Assembly: GCA_964016885.1 (NCBI GenBank)
Contig: OZ024742.1
Location: 322,276,001 to 322,340,000, forward strand
DNA length: 64,000 nucleotides
Reading direction: 5' to 3'
Source of the DNA: Eledone cirrhosa
Taxonomy: Eukaryota
Of the stretch, positions 52,536 through 64,000 are shown in pieces. A program made the translations under genes and the position numbers. The notes below the pieces were generated by a model that was not told the DNA's origin, made no database searches, and saw only the letters and a program-made list of their open reading frames with translations. Numbering within the stretch: position 1 is the first letter of the stretch; each line of letters begins with the position of its first letter.

Positions 52536-53429
52536 AGATAACACATAAGGACAGTGATGAACAACAACTGTATAACTAAGTAAATGAACAACAGTGAAAT
52601 TGATCTTCTATTGTTATGATAGTGGTGATGATAATAAATATGTTATGAAGAAGATGAAAACAGTGATGATATTAATGATGATACTAATGGTGATGGGAAT
52701 AACCTTGATAGTGGGCACTAGACCGAGATCTTTGGCGCTACGCAGTAATACAGACGACCCGCCTTGCCTATGTACATAGCGAAACCTAGTCAATAGGCAC
52801 CTCTTAACCAAATATACACCCCCATCCCACAACCCTTACTCCACCCCCACTCCCACCAACACCACCCTCTCTCTGTAAAGTTATGTTGGTACCACAACAT
52901 CCAGTCCTAAATAAATGAGGTCGTGTAGGTGTCACGACAAAAAAACACACAGTCCACGCTGTAATGTGGCCGTGTAGGTAACACGTTAAAACCCCCCAGT
53001 CCACGTAAACGTGGTTGGTGTTAGGAAGGGCATCCAGCCGTAGAAAACCTGCCAGACAGTCCTATACGAGCGAGACACGGCCTCCCGACTAATCTTGCCT
53101 CAAGTGGGACAATCCCCGTCTAAACCCATGCTAGCATGGAAGATAGACGTTAAATGATGATGATGATTGTTAACACCCTCATTAATTCATCAGAATGTTT
53201 AGATTGTCCATTACTCACATTGGAAAGAAAAACAAGTGTATTTGTGTATACATAAATATGTGGATGTGGATGTATATATATATCTGTATATATATTTCTC
53301 CTGATGAAGGGCTTATGCCCGAAACGTCGTTCCCCACCACCACTCTCAAGATTGTGAACCTAATAAACTTTTATTTGTACTGCCTCTCTGTTTTTGTTCC
53401 CGTCCAAGTTTTCACTATATATATATATG

Positions 53430-53503
<74 letters not shown>

Positions 53504-54118
53504 TAGGGATTGTAACATCCAGTTACTGTAGGTTCACCAGAGTGAGCTCTCAATGCGTAGTTTCCAGTAGGTATAGAGGTGTAGTACTAAGCAGAGTGTA
53601 ATAATGATAATTGTTTCTACTTTTGACACAAGGCCAGCAATTACCCAGTACATTACTGGTACTTTATTTTATCGACCCCATAAGGATGAAAGGCAAAGTT
53701 GACCTTGGCGGGATTTGAACTCAGAATGGAAAGGGCCGTAACTCTATGCGTCAAAGCATGACGTCCGACCCTCTACCGATACTAATAATGATAATAATAA
53801 AAAGGACGATTTGTAATGAAAACATAACTACATAAGCCAAGACAGTACTGAAGCGGTGACTATGGATCTCCCAGACAAACCAAGGATCTGTCGTCTCGCG
53901 TTCTACTGAGGGCACAAAGCAGGTTGTCATGTCTTTGACACAACTGAGGTTCCTCCCAACCTTTTGTTTGGCAAGCTTTCTACGCAATGAAACCTAAGCA
54001 CCAGCCTGATGAGCCTCCTCGCTTGAGATAGACTTTAGATATGTATATATGGACTTATAACTTCTGAGGGAGTCATAGGGGCGCCATATTGACATACATG
54101 TCTAGGGCATCTTTTAGC

Positions 54119-54149
<31 letters not shown>

Positions 54150-56842
54150 ACACACACATACACTCTATTATAAATATTGAGTTCTGCCTCCTTTGTGGAC
54201 TACCAACATCATTAGATCTGAACATACATACAATTATTGAATTAGCAAAAGATCATTTGAGGAATATAAAAATGTAATTATTGAAGAAAATGACTGATGG
54301 AGATAAACAAAATTATGTTCCAATTGGAAAAAATAAACAACATAATATCCTTACCACACACACATACATGCCCAAACACATAAATATTCTTTTATTGGTT
54401 TCAGTCACCAAATTATGATCAGGGTCAAAGATGGGGGAGGGAGAGGTAATTATATTGATCCTAGTGCATGTAAACTGGCACAACATACTTCATCAAATTG
54501 ATGAAAATATGAAAAATCGAAAAAAAAAACACCAAAATTGCAACAAGGCAATATAAATAATCATTATTATTAGGTTGTATCACATAGAGTTAAATTGAAA
54601 CTGACATCAAACAACTGGGGCTCTTGTCATTAACTTTGGCATATTTTCAAAGAATGATTGCCTATAATTTTCACATAATTTTGAAAATAATCAAGAATTT
54701 GAAGGGATTTAGTAATATAACTAACTTCCTCATTATTAACTTAGTGTTTGGAACATAAGAATGTTTTTAGATAAATATAAACACTTTAAAAGAGACAATT
54801 TTATTGCAGCTCTTAAACTCTGAGTTCAAATCCTATCGAGGTCAACTTTGCTTTTCATCCTCCCTGGGGCGTCTATGAAATAAAGTACAAGTATTGCTAT
54901 TGGCACTCCATTGTCCAAGAATTAGTGCTTGGAAAATGAATGTATAAGTAGCTGAGCATTCCATAGACATATCTGTACTAACCCCAAAAGGATGAAAGGC
55001 AAAGAAGACCTCGACAGGATTTGAACTCAGAGAGCACCCTAAAGATTCAACCAAATCGACTGCCATTGTGGGTAGTGGGTTCAAACAACAATATCATCAA
55101 TATTAATCTTTATCAGACCTGTCAATTTTCCCCATCCGACGGAAAGATCGTCCACCCACTTTGGGTGGGTGAAAATGGATATAGCTTTCAGTATGTAAAA
55201 TCTCCCTATTTTGCCTCACTTCTCCGTTTTGGGGCACTTTTTTCATGGGTACTCCCGATTGGGTTTTTAGAGGTTGGCAGGTCTGCCTTCTCTTACTATA
55301 TTATCAAGACAATACCAATAATTTTAAAATAATTTTTTAAATAATCAAGAATCTGGCAGGTTTTAGTAATATAACTTTCTCATTATTAAGCTAGAGTTTG
55401 AAACATAACTTAAGAAAGGTTCTTACATAAAAGTATGTTGGAAGTTTTTTAGATAAATATAAACATTTCTGTTACCATACTTCTAATAAACGAGACTGCC
55501 TATGATTTTCAATTAATTTTTTAAATAATGATTGGTAGGTTTTAGTAATATAAATAACTTTCTCATTATTAAGCTAGTCTTTAGAACATAACTTAAAAGT
55601 TCTTACGTAAAATCATGTTCTCAAATATAAACACTTTAAAACAAACAGTTTTGTACTCGTAGAAGCAACAGTTTTAGGCAGGTTGATGTTTAAAGGGTTA
55701 AATAACGAGACTGCTAATTATACCGTTCAATATCCAATCGGTAACATCAAAATATTCATTTCCTCTTGGACTTCCTCTATGGAACCAATCAGCAGCTTTA
55801 CATGGTATTGGGTTATGTTGTAATCATTTCAAGTTATTTGACCAATTACCCCCTTGCTACTGCTATTGCTGGTGGTGATGATGATCGTGCACTACATTAC
55901 CATGTGAACAGCAACAGGAGGCCAGAGGTTGGATGTACTTACGTTAATATATAATAGTGTGTGAATGCAGCGTAGCCGAATGGTTAAGAGGCTTGCCTCG
56001 CAATCATTAGGTTATGTGTTCGGTCCCACGGTGTCGCATACTGGGCAAGTGTCATTTACCATATAACTGTTTAGAAGCCCGTAGATGGACTATACCTGTA
56101 ATTCAATAGGCCTAGTTTGCCTGATTACGTTAAGGATACATGTGTTTGCGGAATGCACAGTCACTTACATTCAACAGGAACGTTCATCACCGAATTCCAA
56201 TAGACTCTGTGTGTGTATGCGTGTGTTTAATCACGTTTCAAGATTTATATATTTCGGTTGCATGTCTATACATGGTGTACTTACAAGTAACAAAATGAAA
56301 CTAGAACTTGATGCGTGTAGACCCAAGCTAACTACCCTCTCGCTTGGCCTGTATATATCTATGTGTGTGAGAGAGAGAGAATATCATTAACAATCGATCT
56401 TGTATGAAGAAAATGAAAATATCTCATTCTATTCACCGGATTCATTTCAAACACACACCCGAGTCGATGAGGGAACCCTACCTAACACGTTGGATCGGAG
56501 GAGCTATTTTCATTTTCTTGGTTCGAGATCTATTGACCAATGGTACCTCCCTCTCTCTCTCTATATATATATATATATATGTGTATGTGCTTTCCATCAC
56601 CGTAAGGGTGTTTCGTTATTGAAATTGCGAGACTATATACATACGTATGCAATTCAAGCAAAGCGCTATTAACGCATAAGTTTTTTATTTTGTTTTGTTT
56701 GTTATTTCATGAATATTTGTTGTTATTTCGAAATCGAATTTAAAATGTTGCCACTCTGAGACAACGAACACATTTCCTCTATCATAGGTTGATCAACCTC
56801 AAATATATCGTCTCGTGTTACATTTCGTGCACCGATAAATTC

Positions 56843-56905
<63 letters not shown>

Positions 56906-57007
56906 TTTAATTATATATTATATATATGCATACATACAAGCGTAGAGTGAAAACACACATCGTATACAAATCAGAAAAAAAACTTTTGAAAGGTAACTAT
57001 TACTTAC

Positions 57008-57073
57008 TAATTTCTTTGAAATGGACTGAAGGATAAAATTTCGTTCACACGTGGAGAAGTAAGATTCCCTCAT
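57008..57073 (-). CDS. EXOSC9: Exosome complex component RRP45/EXOSC9, coding exon 1 (MRESYFSTCERNFILQSISKKL)
   Basis: ATG at 57073, 66 nt, GTAAGT donor; resembles the EXOSC9 N-terminus (M..TPLSNCERRFLL.AI); phase 0 matches exon 2. Confidence 0.9.
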
Positions 57074-57253
57074 AGTTACGGCTGAATTTCTAAGCCTGCA
57101 GACAGGCCTGGAATTGAAGCAACAACAATAATAACAATACCACAACAGAAACACGTGTATTTTAAGAAAAGGACTTTTAAAGTTTGAGTGTTGGACCGGT
57201 AGTAACACTCTCTTGTAATTAGAGAATAGATTTGTCGTTAATATTTTTGACAT

Positions 57254-57261
57254 CACTTCCG
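57254..57261 (-). promoter_or_regulatory. ETS-type motif CGGAAGTG in the putative EXOSC9 promoter
   Basis: cacttccg about 180 bp upstream of the ATG; this motif is common in housekeeping promoters. Confidence 0.35.
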
Positions 57262-58300
57262 CTGAAAATGAAACTAAAAGTATTTAAGGTTTATTGTGGA
57301 TGCTCGGTGGTTAACCCTGATCCGACAAACCTTATGTTCAAAACCATACCACCCGTGACTATCACGTCATTTATTTTTTCAAATATAGTGTATAAGTAGG
57401 ACTACATCATTAATGTATTATTTCTAGCTATTGTTAGCCACAGGTCAGCTATTATCAAACACATACCACCCGTGACCATCCCATCTTATATTTTCCAAAC
57501 GTAGGATTACATAATTTAATGTGTTCTTGTTTATTCAGGGGTCGATACTAATCGAATTGACGTATGATTGGAGATGTCCACTCAGACGAAGTGTATCTCG
57601 GACTACAGTATATTATGCGTAGTTCTCTTTTTAAGTTAAATATATTTTATTCGATTTTAAAAAACAATCAGAAGTTTTTCGAAAAATCCACGTTGAAACG
57701 ATTAGGGGGACCCTTTTTAAGATTTGAGGGTGATCTGTCTGCTATTTCTAGTAGATCGAGCAATCACGTAGGGGTACCCTTATTAGATCGTTCTCTTTAG
57801 TGGGTTATATATATATGTGTGTATGTGTGTGTGTACATACATACACACATTTATATATATACTACATAAAGAGGGGAAGGGGCGAGAGGTGTAGAAATAG
57901 TCTGACGGGCGGGAAAGAAGTGAAAAAAAGGAGAGATAGACAGATAGATAAGAAAGGGTGTACGGCAAATAAGATAAATCTAGCAATTGAGATAAAGAGA
58001 GTATGAGAAATTTAAAAAAAACATTGATTTATCGATAGACAGATAGATTATGAGAGATTATGATAAGTTGCATCTCATAATGCATGCACATATATATATA
58101 TATGTGTGTGTGCATACATATACACATATGCTTACACACACATTGGGGTTTAGATGGTGGTTGTTTGTTTGACTTGTATCTTTGGCTACAGACTGTTTAG
58201 TTCATTTGTTGGATGGTAGGATGAGTTGCGAGATTTTCCCAAATCACATGGATAAGAATTAACAAATAAACAAGACACCGCTAATTTGAATGTTTTTATT

Positions 58301-59064
58301 TACGAGGTATGTCAAAAACATATTTCAAATCCAAACTACAAACTACAAATTTTCCCCTTCGAAATAATCCCCCTTGAATCTAATGCACATTCCCGTCCTT
58401 CTCCGCCACACTTCCATGCACTCCTAGAAGGATTCTTCGCAGCTCTGTCATCGCGGCCCTCTTGATGGCTTCCACGTCCGGCAACGGGTAGTACTCCGAA
58501 GATCCAGACTCATCACCAATGATGATTCTCCCCACCAAGTCTGGTTCGGTTTCAAGACACTCGGGGATGTCCTGACACACCTGCATGCGCCATTCCTTCT
58601 GGTCATAATTCAGTAGCTTCAGTACAATTTTTGCGCAGATCTTCAACATGCCCGAATCTTCGGTGATAATTTTTCAAAGCTGTCGCGGTTCAGACCCAGC
58701 TCATTTGCGATTAGTCGATTAGTTAGCCTACGATCGTCACGCACCACTTGCCTCATGCGCTCAACGTAGGACTTAGCTTTCTACTCTAAAACCTGTGAGC
58801 GCGACATCGTTTCATCTCCGTATACTTGCTGCAGTATTCTGAGTGCTTCTGGCGGAGTTTTCCCCAGCCGGACCAGAAACTTCGGGTTGGTTTGTTGATC
58901 TGTGCCCATCACACGACAAACTAAAATTGAGGAGCTGTTAACAAAAGCACGTGAAAAAAACAGCCGAGATTGTAGTTATATACTCCCGGGATAATACGTC
59001 ACACGGATACGCAACCCGAGCTCACAAATCATACCAAGTCCCGTTATTTTTCTGACACACCTGC
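58301..59064 (-). mobile_element. Internally deleted, decayed mariner transposon
   Basis: TIR remnants tacgaggtatgtcaaaaa / tttttctgacacacct; peptides KFLVRLGKTPPEALRILQQVYGDETMSRSQV, IIIGDES and GDYFEG. Confidence 0.88.
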
Positions 59065-59232
59065 AAAAGATGCAGTATGTTATGTGTACAAATACATAGA
59101 AATATTTACAAATCAGTGCAGCAAACTCAATTAGTGCCGATTCCAGCAGGGCTGGCTAGCGAGTGTGCGCCTACATTGCTGTATGGCCAAACAAACTAAC
59201 TGTTCAGTGTTGGAAGGTTGACTGTGTATGTG

Positions 59233-59288
<56 letters not shown>

Positions 59289-59289
<1 letters not shown>

Positions 59290-60367
59290 TAGCAGCAGGA
59301 CCCGGCGTTGCTCGGGGTAGGAAACGTGAAATTGCAACACGCATATGCAAAGATTGAGGAGTGTAGCTGTGTACTTTTTGAATTCCCTTATTTTCGGGGA
59401 ATGATTGTTCATCTACTGGAAACGTAGAACACCAGCAGGCCGAATCCAGTAGCAGTGTCAGTGGGCTGATTGCAGAAATCCTGTATGCGAAAGGAGTAAG
59501 TAAGTGTTGTGGGACGATGTATGTTGTAAGTCTGTTCACGAATTACGTCACGGATGGAGAACACCCGTCAATCTGAAGGAGCCACGTAGTCAATTGTGTG
59601 AAAACCAAGTAGGGATATTGAGATGACGAAATCAGCATGGCAACGTAGCTGCAGCAGAAAGGGTTCATAGTGTAATTAGCACAAACGCTGGGCGGCATTG
59701 GTTGCACTGCGTTTACACATCAACAAAGGTGTGACAAAAGGGGTCACCGTGGAATTAGCACAACCACTGTTCGGCGTACTTGCGCAGAGCGTTCATACTG
59801 CGGTGTAGGTACAACAAAAGGGGTCTTAGTAGAAGTAGCACAGACGTGAGTTTTACGGTGTTAATAACACGGCAACGTACATAGGGCCCGGTTTTGCGCG
59901 TGATGAAAGCACGAAGCGTCAACAGGGCGCCGACAAAAATTATATGGTCCTCCTCATTTCCGCAATCCCCCGAAAATGGTCCTGCTTAAAAGTAAGTGTT
60001 GTGTCCTCTGTTGAATAAACCAAATTTTTAACGAAATATTATGCGCTACTTACGATGTTTAAGTAGCGTTTATATTGAAAATGAAGATGGCATGTAATGC
60101 CCAATACTAATTCGTAAATTTTGTCCACAACAATGCAAGGGACTAACTAATGTGTGCTGCAAATTTGGAGGGAATCGGCTGAATTATCTTTAAGTTACGC
60201 ATCAAAATAGCCTAAAACTGCCTTTAAAATGCGGTTTTTCTAGGGCAGAGAAAGTTAAAATCTTTTTAGCCCATTGTACTTCAAGAAATATAACGCATGT
60301 GTAACGTTTGAAAAAAATCGGTCGGGTACTTCTCGAGTTTTAGGAATTTACACAGACAGACATCCTC

Positions 60368-60453
<86 letters not shown>

Positions 60454-60475
60454 ATACACATTTTAGATAGATAGA
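59289..60475 (-). mobile_element. Non-autonomous Helitron
   Basis: Minus-strand 3' end: hairpin cccgagcaacgccggg, 8 nt, then CTAG-T; 5' region (TA)n-aaacagaggatgtctgtctg; exact 5' TC is uncertain. Confidence 0.75.
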
Positions 60476-60479
60476 TATA

Positions 60480-61545
60480 CCAAACTCCAGCTGGGTGCTC
60501 AAAGAAGCTCATGGATGTTATCCAACCATCTTGCTTATGGTCTACCTCTGGGTTACCTACTAGTTGACATTGCCTGTAAAATCTGTCCTGCGATTCGTTC
60601 CTTTGACATTCTAACCACATGTCCGTAGTACCGCAGAGTAATAGCAGCTGAACCTGGAGCGATGCACTCTATCGTGTAACGTGACACTAAAGACCCTTCG
60701 AAAGAACCCCATCTCGGCCGCTTGTATTCGCGGTCTTATACTTTTGGTCATTATCCAAGATTCGTGACCATAGGTAAGATTTGGCACGAATACCGAATTG
60801 AAGATATCGAGTTTTGGCTTTTACATCGACTTCCCTTCTACTGATGACTGAATGCTGAATATGACACCTTCTGCGCTGGCTCCTGCAATTCTTGCACTTA
60901 ATTCAGCCTCATGCCTTTCCATCACTCGTTAAAACGACCCTGAGATAATTGAACTTCTCCTCCTGCTTCAGTGTAACTCCATTCGCATGTTGTGTGCACT
61001 GCGCAAGCTTCCTTGAGAGGAAGAGTGTCTCAGTTTTCGTAGCACTGATTTTTAATCCTGGTGTGCAGCACTCGGCAGCAAACCTATCCATTCCGACGAG
61101 TTAAGTAGTACCATGTTATCTGCAAATATCAGCCTACTGATCCTACACCTGTCAGTTTTAATATCCTTTTCAACACTGCTGTTCGCGAAGATTATGAACA
61201 TGAGATGTAACAATACGCACCCTTCGCGGAGTCTGACACCTACATTGAATAGTTTCGACATAGTACAATTTGTCCGAACACAAATACTTGAGTATTCATA
61301 TAGGGACTTCAAGTCTGTCCGTCGATCCCAGCAGAACCTTCCACAACAAGTCCTATAGAAAGCGGTCGTATGCCGTTTCAAGGTCCATGAAACAAGCATA
61401 CACCTCTTGGCAATACCCCCACGATTTCTCGAAGAGTGATTATTTGCCACAGAGTTAATATTTGGTCGACTATTCTACGTCCGGTGTGAAAACCATACTG
61501 TCCGTCAGCTAGCTTGGACTCGACAATATCCCTACATCTCTTTGC
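60480..61545 (-). mobile_element. Decayed RTE LINE reverse-transcriptase region
   Basis: QYGFHTGRRIVDQI, VGVRLREGCVL, LIFADNMVLL, GLKISATKTE, EKFNYL. Confidence 0.88.
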
Positions 61546-61799
61546 TAATTCCGATCTTTTATTCAAAATTAAAAAATGATGTAATTTAATGTTATACTTC
61601 TCAAGGAGACTAAGTCGCACCTTCTGGAGCCATTTATGTAATGTATGAGGTGCTTTATAATCGACTATTCAATTGAAAATTGTTAATATTATCCTCCCTT
61701 AAATCCCTACAAATATTTGCGCAGTGAAATGGTAAAGCCTCTTTCAGGGTGTTTAACTTATAAATATGCTGTAATAAACTTTTTAACAGGGATTTTCAG

Positions 61800-62805
61800 T
61801 AAGTCCTAAATAGCTTTTTGTTTCACTATTATCCGCACGGGAGACCTTAACTCAATAATCACAGGTATAAATCTAAAAGTATAGTCGGGTGAAGTATTTG
61901 CAGATTCCTCTTTAGTTCAGCATAAATGTTTTCCTTATCACTAATCTTTAGCATTATATTGGCATCTGCTGGGGAGCTGACTTCCACTACTGTGCATGCC
62001 TTGTTTTCTTCATTCCATATCACTATATCTGGTTTGATCTGTTTGCATTTGATTGGGGTTTTGACTGGAACATTCCGGCAGTATTCATTCATATGTATAT
62101 GGTCCCCAAATTGCTGTAACCTTTTATATGTTTATTATTGGGGCTATCCATTCTACGGATTGCATCATACCTCATAGGTAAATAGTATCGTGATCACATC
62201 TTTGGACAGCTATTTATAGAATGACATTTTCGATGTTTTCCTGCAGTCTGCATCTGTTATCACATCTAAGTGTTTAGCCTGTATCCCTATCTCTTTCGTG
62301 AATCAGGAATTTGTAGTTATTTCCTGTTCTTGAATTGCAAAAGCATATCCTTCAAAGTGATAGCCAATAAAGCGGTTGTTGATCCAAGATAAAGTACTTT
62401 GCTGATCCATATTACTCTGTTTGGAGCTTCCTGGCAATATAGCCATGCATGATCTTTTTCTGAGAAGCATGCAGTTTTTCCCTTGTAGTATTCCTTGTAG
62501 TTTTCCCTTGTGGTATTCCTGTGCGATTGTTGGTTATCATGCAGGGAGTATTTCTCAAGGAGCTCCTTCCCAACTCTCATGATGTTGTCTGTTTCATGTA
62601 GACAGACTTGTTCACTAGTTGGGCTTCTACGCTTGGTGGTTCATAAATGTTGTCGGAGAGATATGATGCGACACTCAAATGCTGTCTGGGCTGATGTTAG
62701 GCCTCTGCCCTCCTGTTTGCGTTTCAGGTAGAGGCGGTGTATGTCACTGGAAAATTCCCGTGCTGGTAAGGATTTTTCGGGTTTTAACATCGATGGCTCG
62801 GATTT
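61800..62805 (-). mobile_element. Decayed LINE with restriction-like endonuclease (R2/R4-Dong-like); similar 3' fragment at about 24120-24360
   Basis: KPDIVIWNEENKACTVVEVSSPADANI, with upstream CRL zinc-knuckle remnant and GGRGL motif. Confidence 0.7.
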
Positions 62806-62806
62806 C

Positions 62807-63185
62807 ATGTATGTATGTATGTATGTATGTATGTATGTATGTATGTATGTATGTATGTTGTTTGCATTATGTTATATATGTGTATGTGTGTGTGTATGTA
62901 ATGTATGTAAGTATGTATATATGTATGTATGTATGTTGTTTGCATTATGTTATATATGTGTATGTGTGTGTGTATGTAATGTATGTAAGTATGTATATAT
63001 GTATGTATGTATGTAATGTATATATGTATGTAATGTATGTAAGTATGTATATATGTATGTATGTATGTTGTTTGCATTATGTTATATATGTGTATGTGTG
63101 TGTGTATGTAATGTATGTAAGTATGTATATATGTATGTATGTAATGTATATATGTATGTAATGTATGTAATATATGTATGTATGT
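62807..63185. repeat. (TATG)n microsatellite with higher-order repeats
   Basis: Direct observation. Confidence 0.9.
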
Positions 63186-64000
63186 TGCAGCCAATATATA
63201 TATTATATATCTGTGTGTGTATGTTTGGTATGTTCATTATCATTCAATGAGATGGTTGTATTTGATCTTCTCTGATGTTGCTGGTAAGAAGGGAACGGTA
63301 AGGTGGGAGGAGTGTGTTTGATCGGTCGCCTGCAATCAGGAAATAAACACAAATTGTTGCATCTCAAATCAAATCTTTCTTTCCTTTCCTCCTAGTTCTT
63401 CTTCTCCAGTAGCAGCAGCACCACCACCACCATCATCATCCCCATCGCCGCTGCCACCATTACAACAACCACCACCACCACCACTACTTCCACCATCTAC
63501 ATTATAATTACCCCATCATCACGCCAAAGCCGCTGCCACCATTACAACCACCACTACCTCCACCATCGACATTATAATTACCCCACCACCGTCATTACTC
63601 CCACAGTCACCATCATCCCCATCGCCCCTGCCATCATCACTACAACCACCACCATCATCATCTTTATCACAATAACCATAATATAGTAATAAATATCATC
63701 AGATGCTGAAGCAGTTTCTCTTTTGTCTTCTTTCTCGTCCACCTTTTTTCACAACATCGCCGTCATCGATTCCACCACCACCTCACCACCGCCACTACTA
63801 CTACTAATAATGATCTGCTCTACCACCATACCACTATCATCACCAACAACAACAACAGCAACACATCACTACTATTAATACTACCAACAGTACTGTACTT
63901 CTAATCTACACTACTAATACCCCACCACCATCACCGCCACCACCACCAGCACCACCATCATCACTATCACTACCGCCGCCACCACCAGCATACCTACTAC

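Noticed and set aside
54003-54030. CTGATGAG as a further hammerhead core (also gtcgatgagggaaccctacc at about 56463)
   Set aside because: No matching stem II plus GAAA follows.

Overview
Repeat-rich animal genomic DNA; the SINE/MITE content and (TA)n/(CA)n/(CAC)n load suggest an octopod cephalopod (inference). I can reconstruct one host gene: EXOSC9/RRP45 (RNA exosome core subunit), minus strand, 14 coding exons from 57073 to 21562. All introns are GT-AG and phase-consistent, giving 1335 nt (444 aa plus stop). The rest is transposon-derived or simple repeat: a full-length decayed IR/DR-type Tc1, a deleted mariner, hAT/piggyBac/pogo-type MITEs, Helitron-like elements, RTE and R4-like LINE remnants, two tRNA-derived SINE families and several minisatellites. 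The most interesting region is about 11-15 kb, with outliers at 21.9, 26.2, 29.1 and 53.3 kb. It holds a head-to-head Penelope-like element and several unrelated fold-back elements sitting in (TA)n tracts. Most carry hammerhead-ribozyme-like cores with non-canonical features (a U3-A8 swap, an extra nucleotide after A9), and several inversion points fall in ribozyme stem II. All assignments were made by eye, without database searches or folding software.
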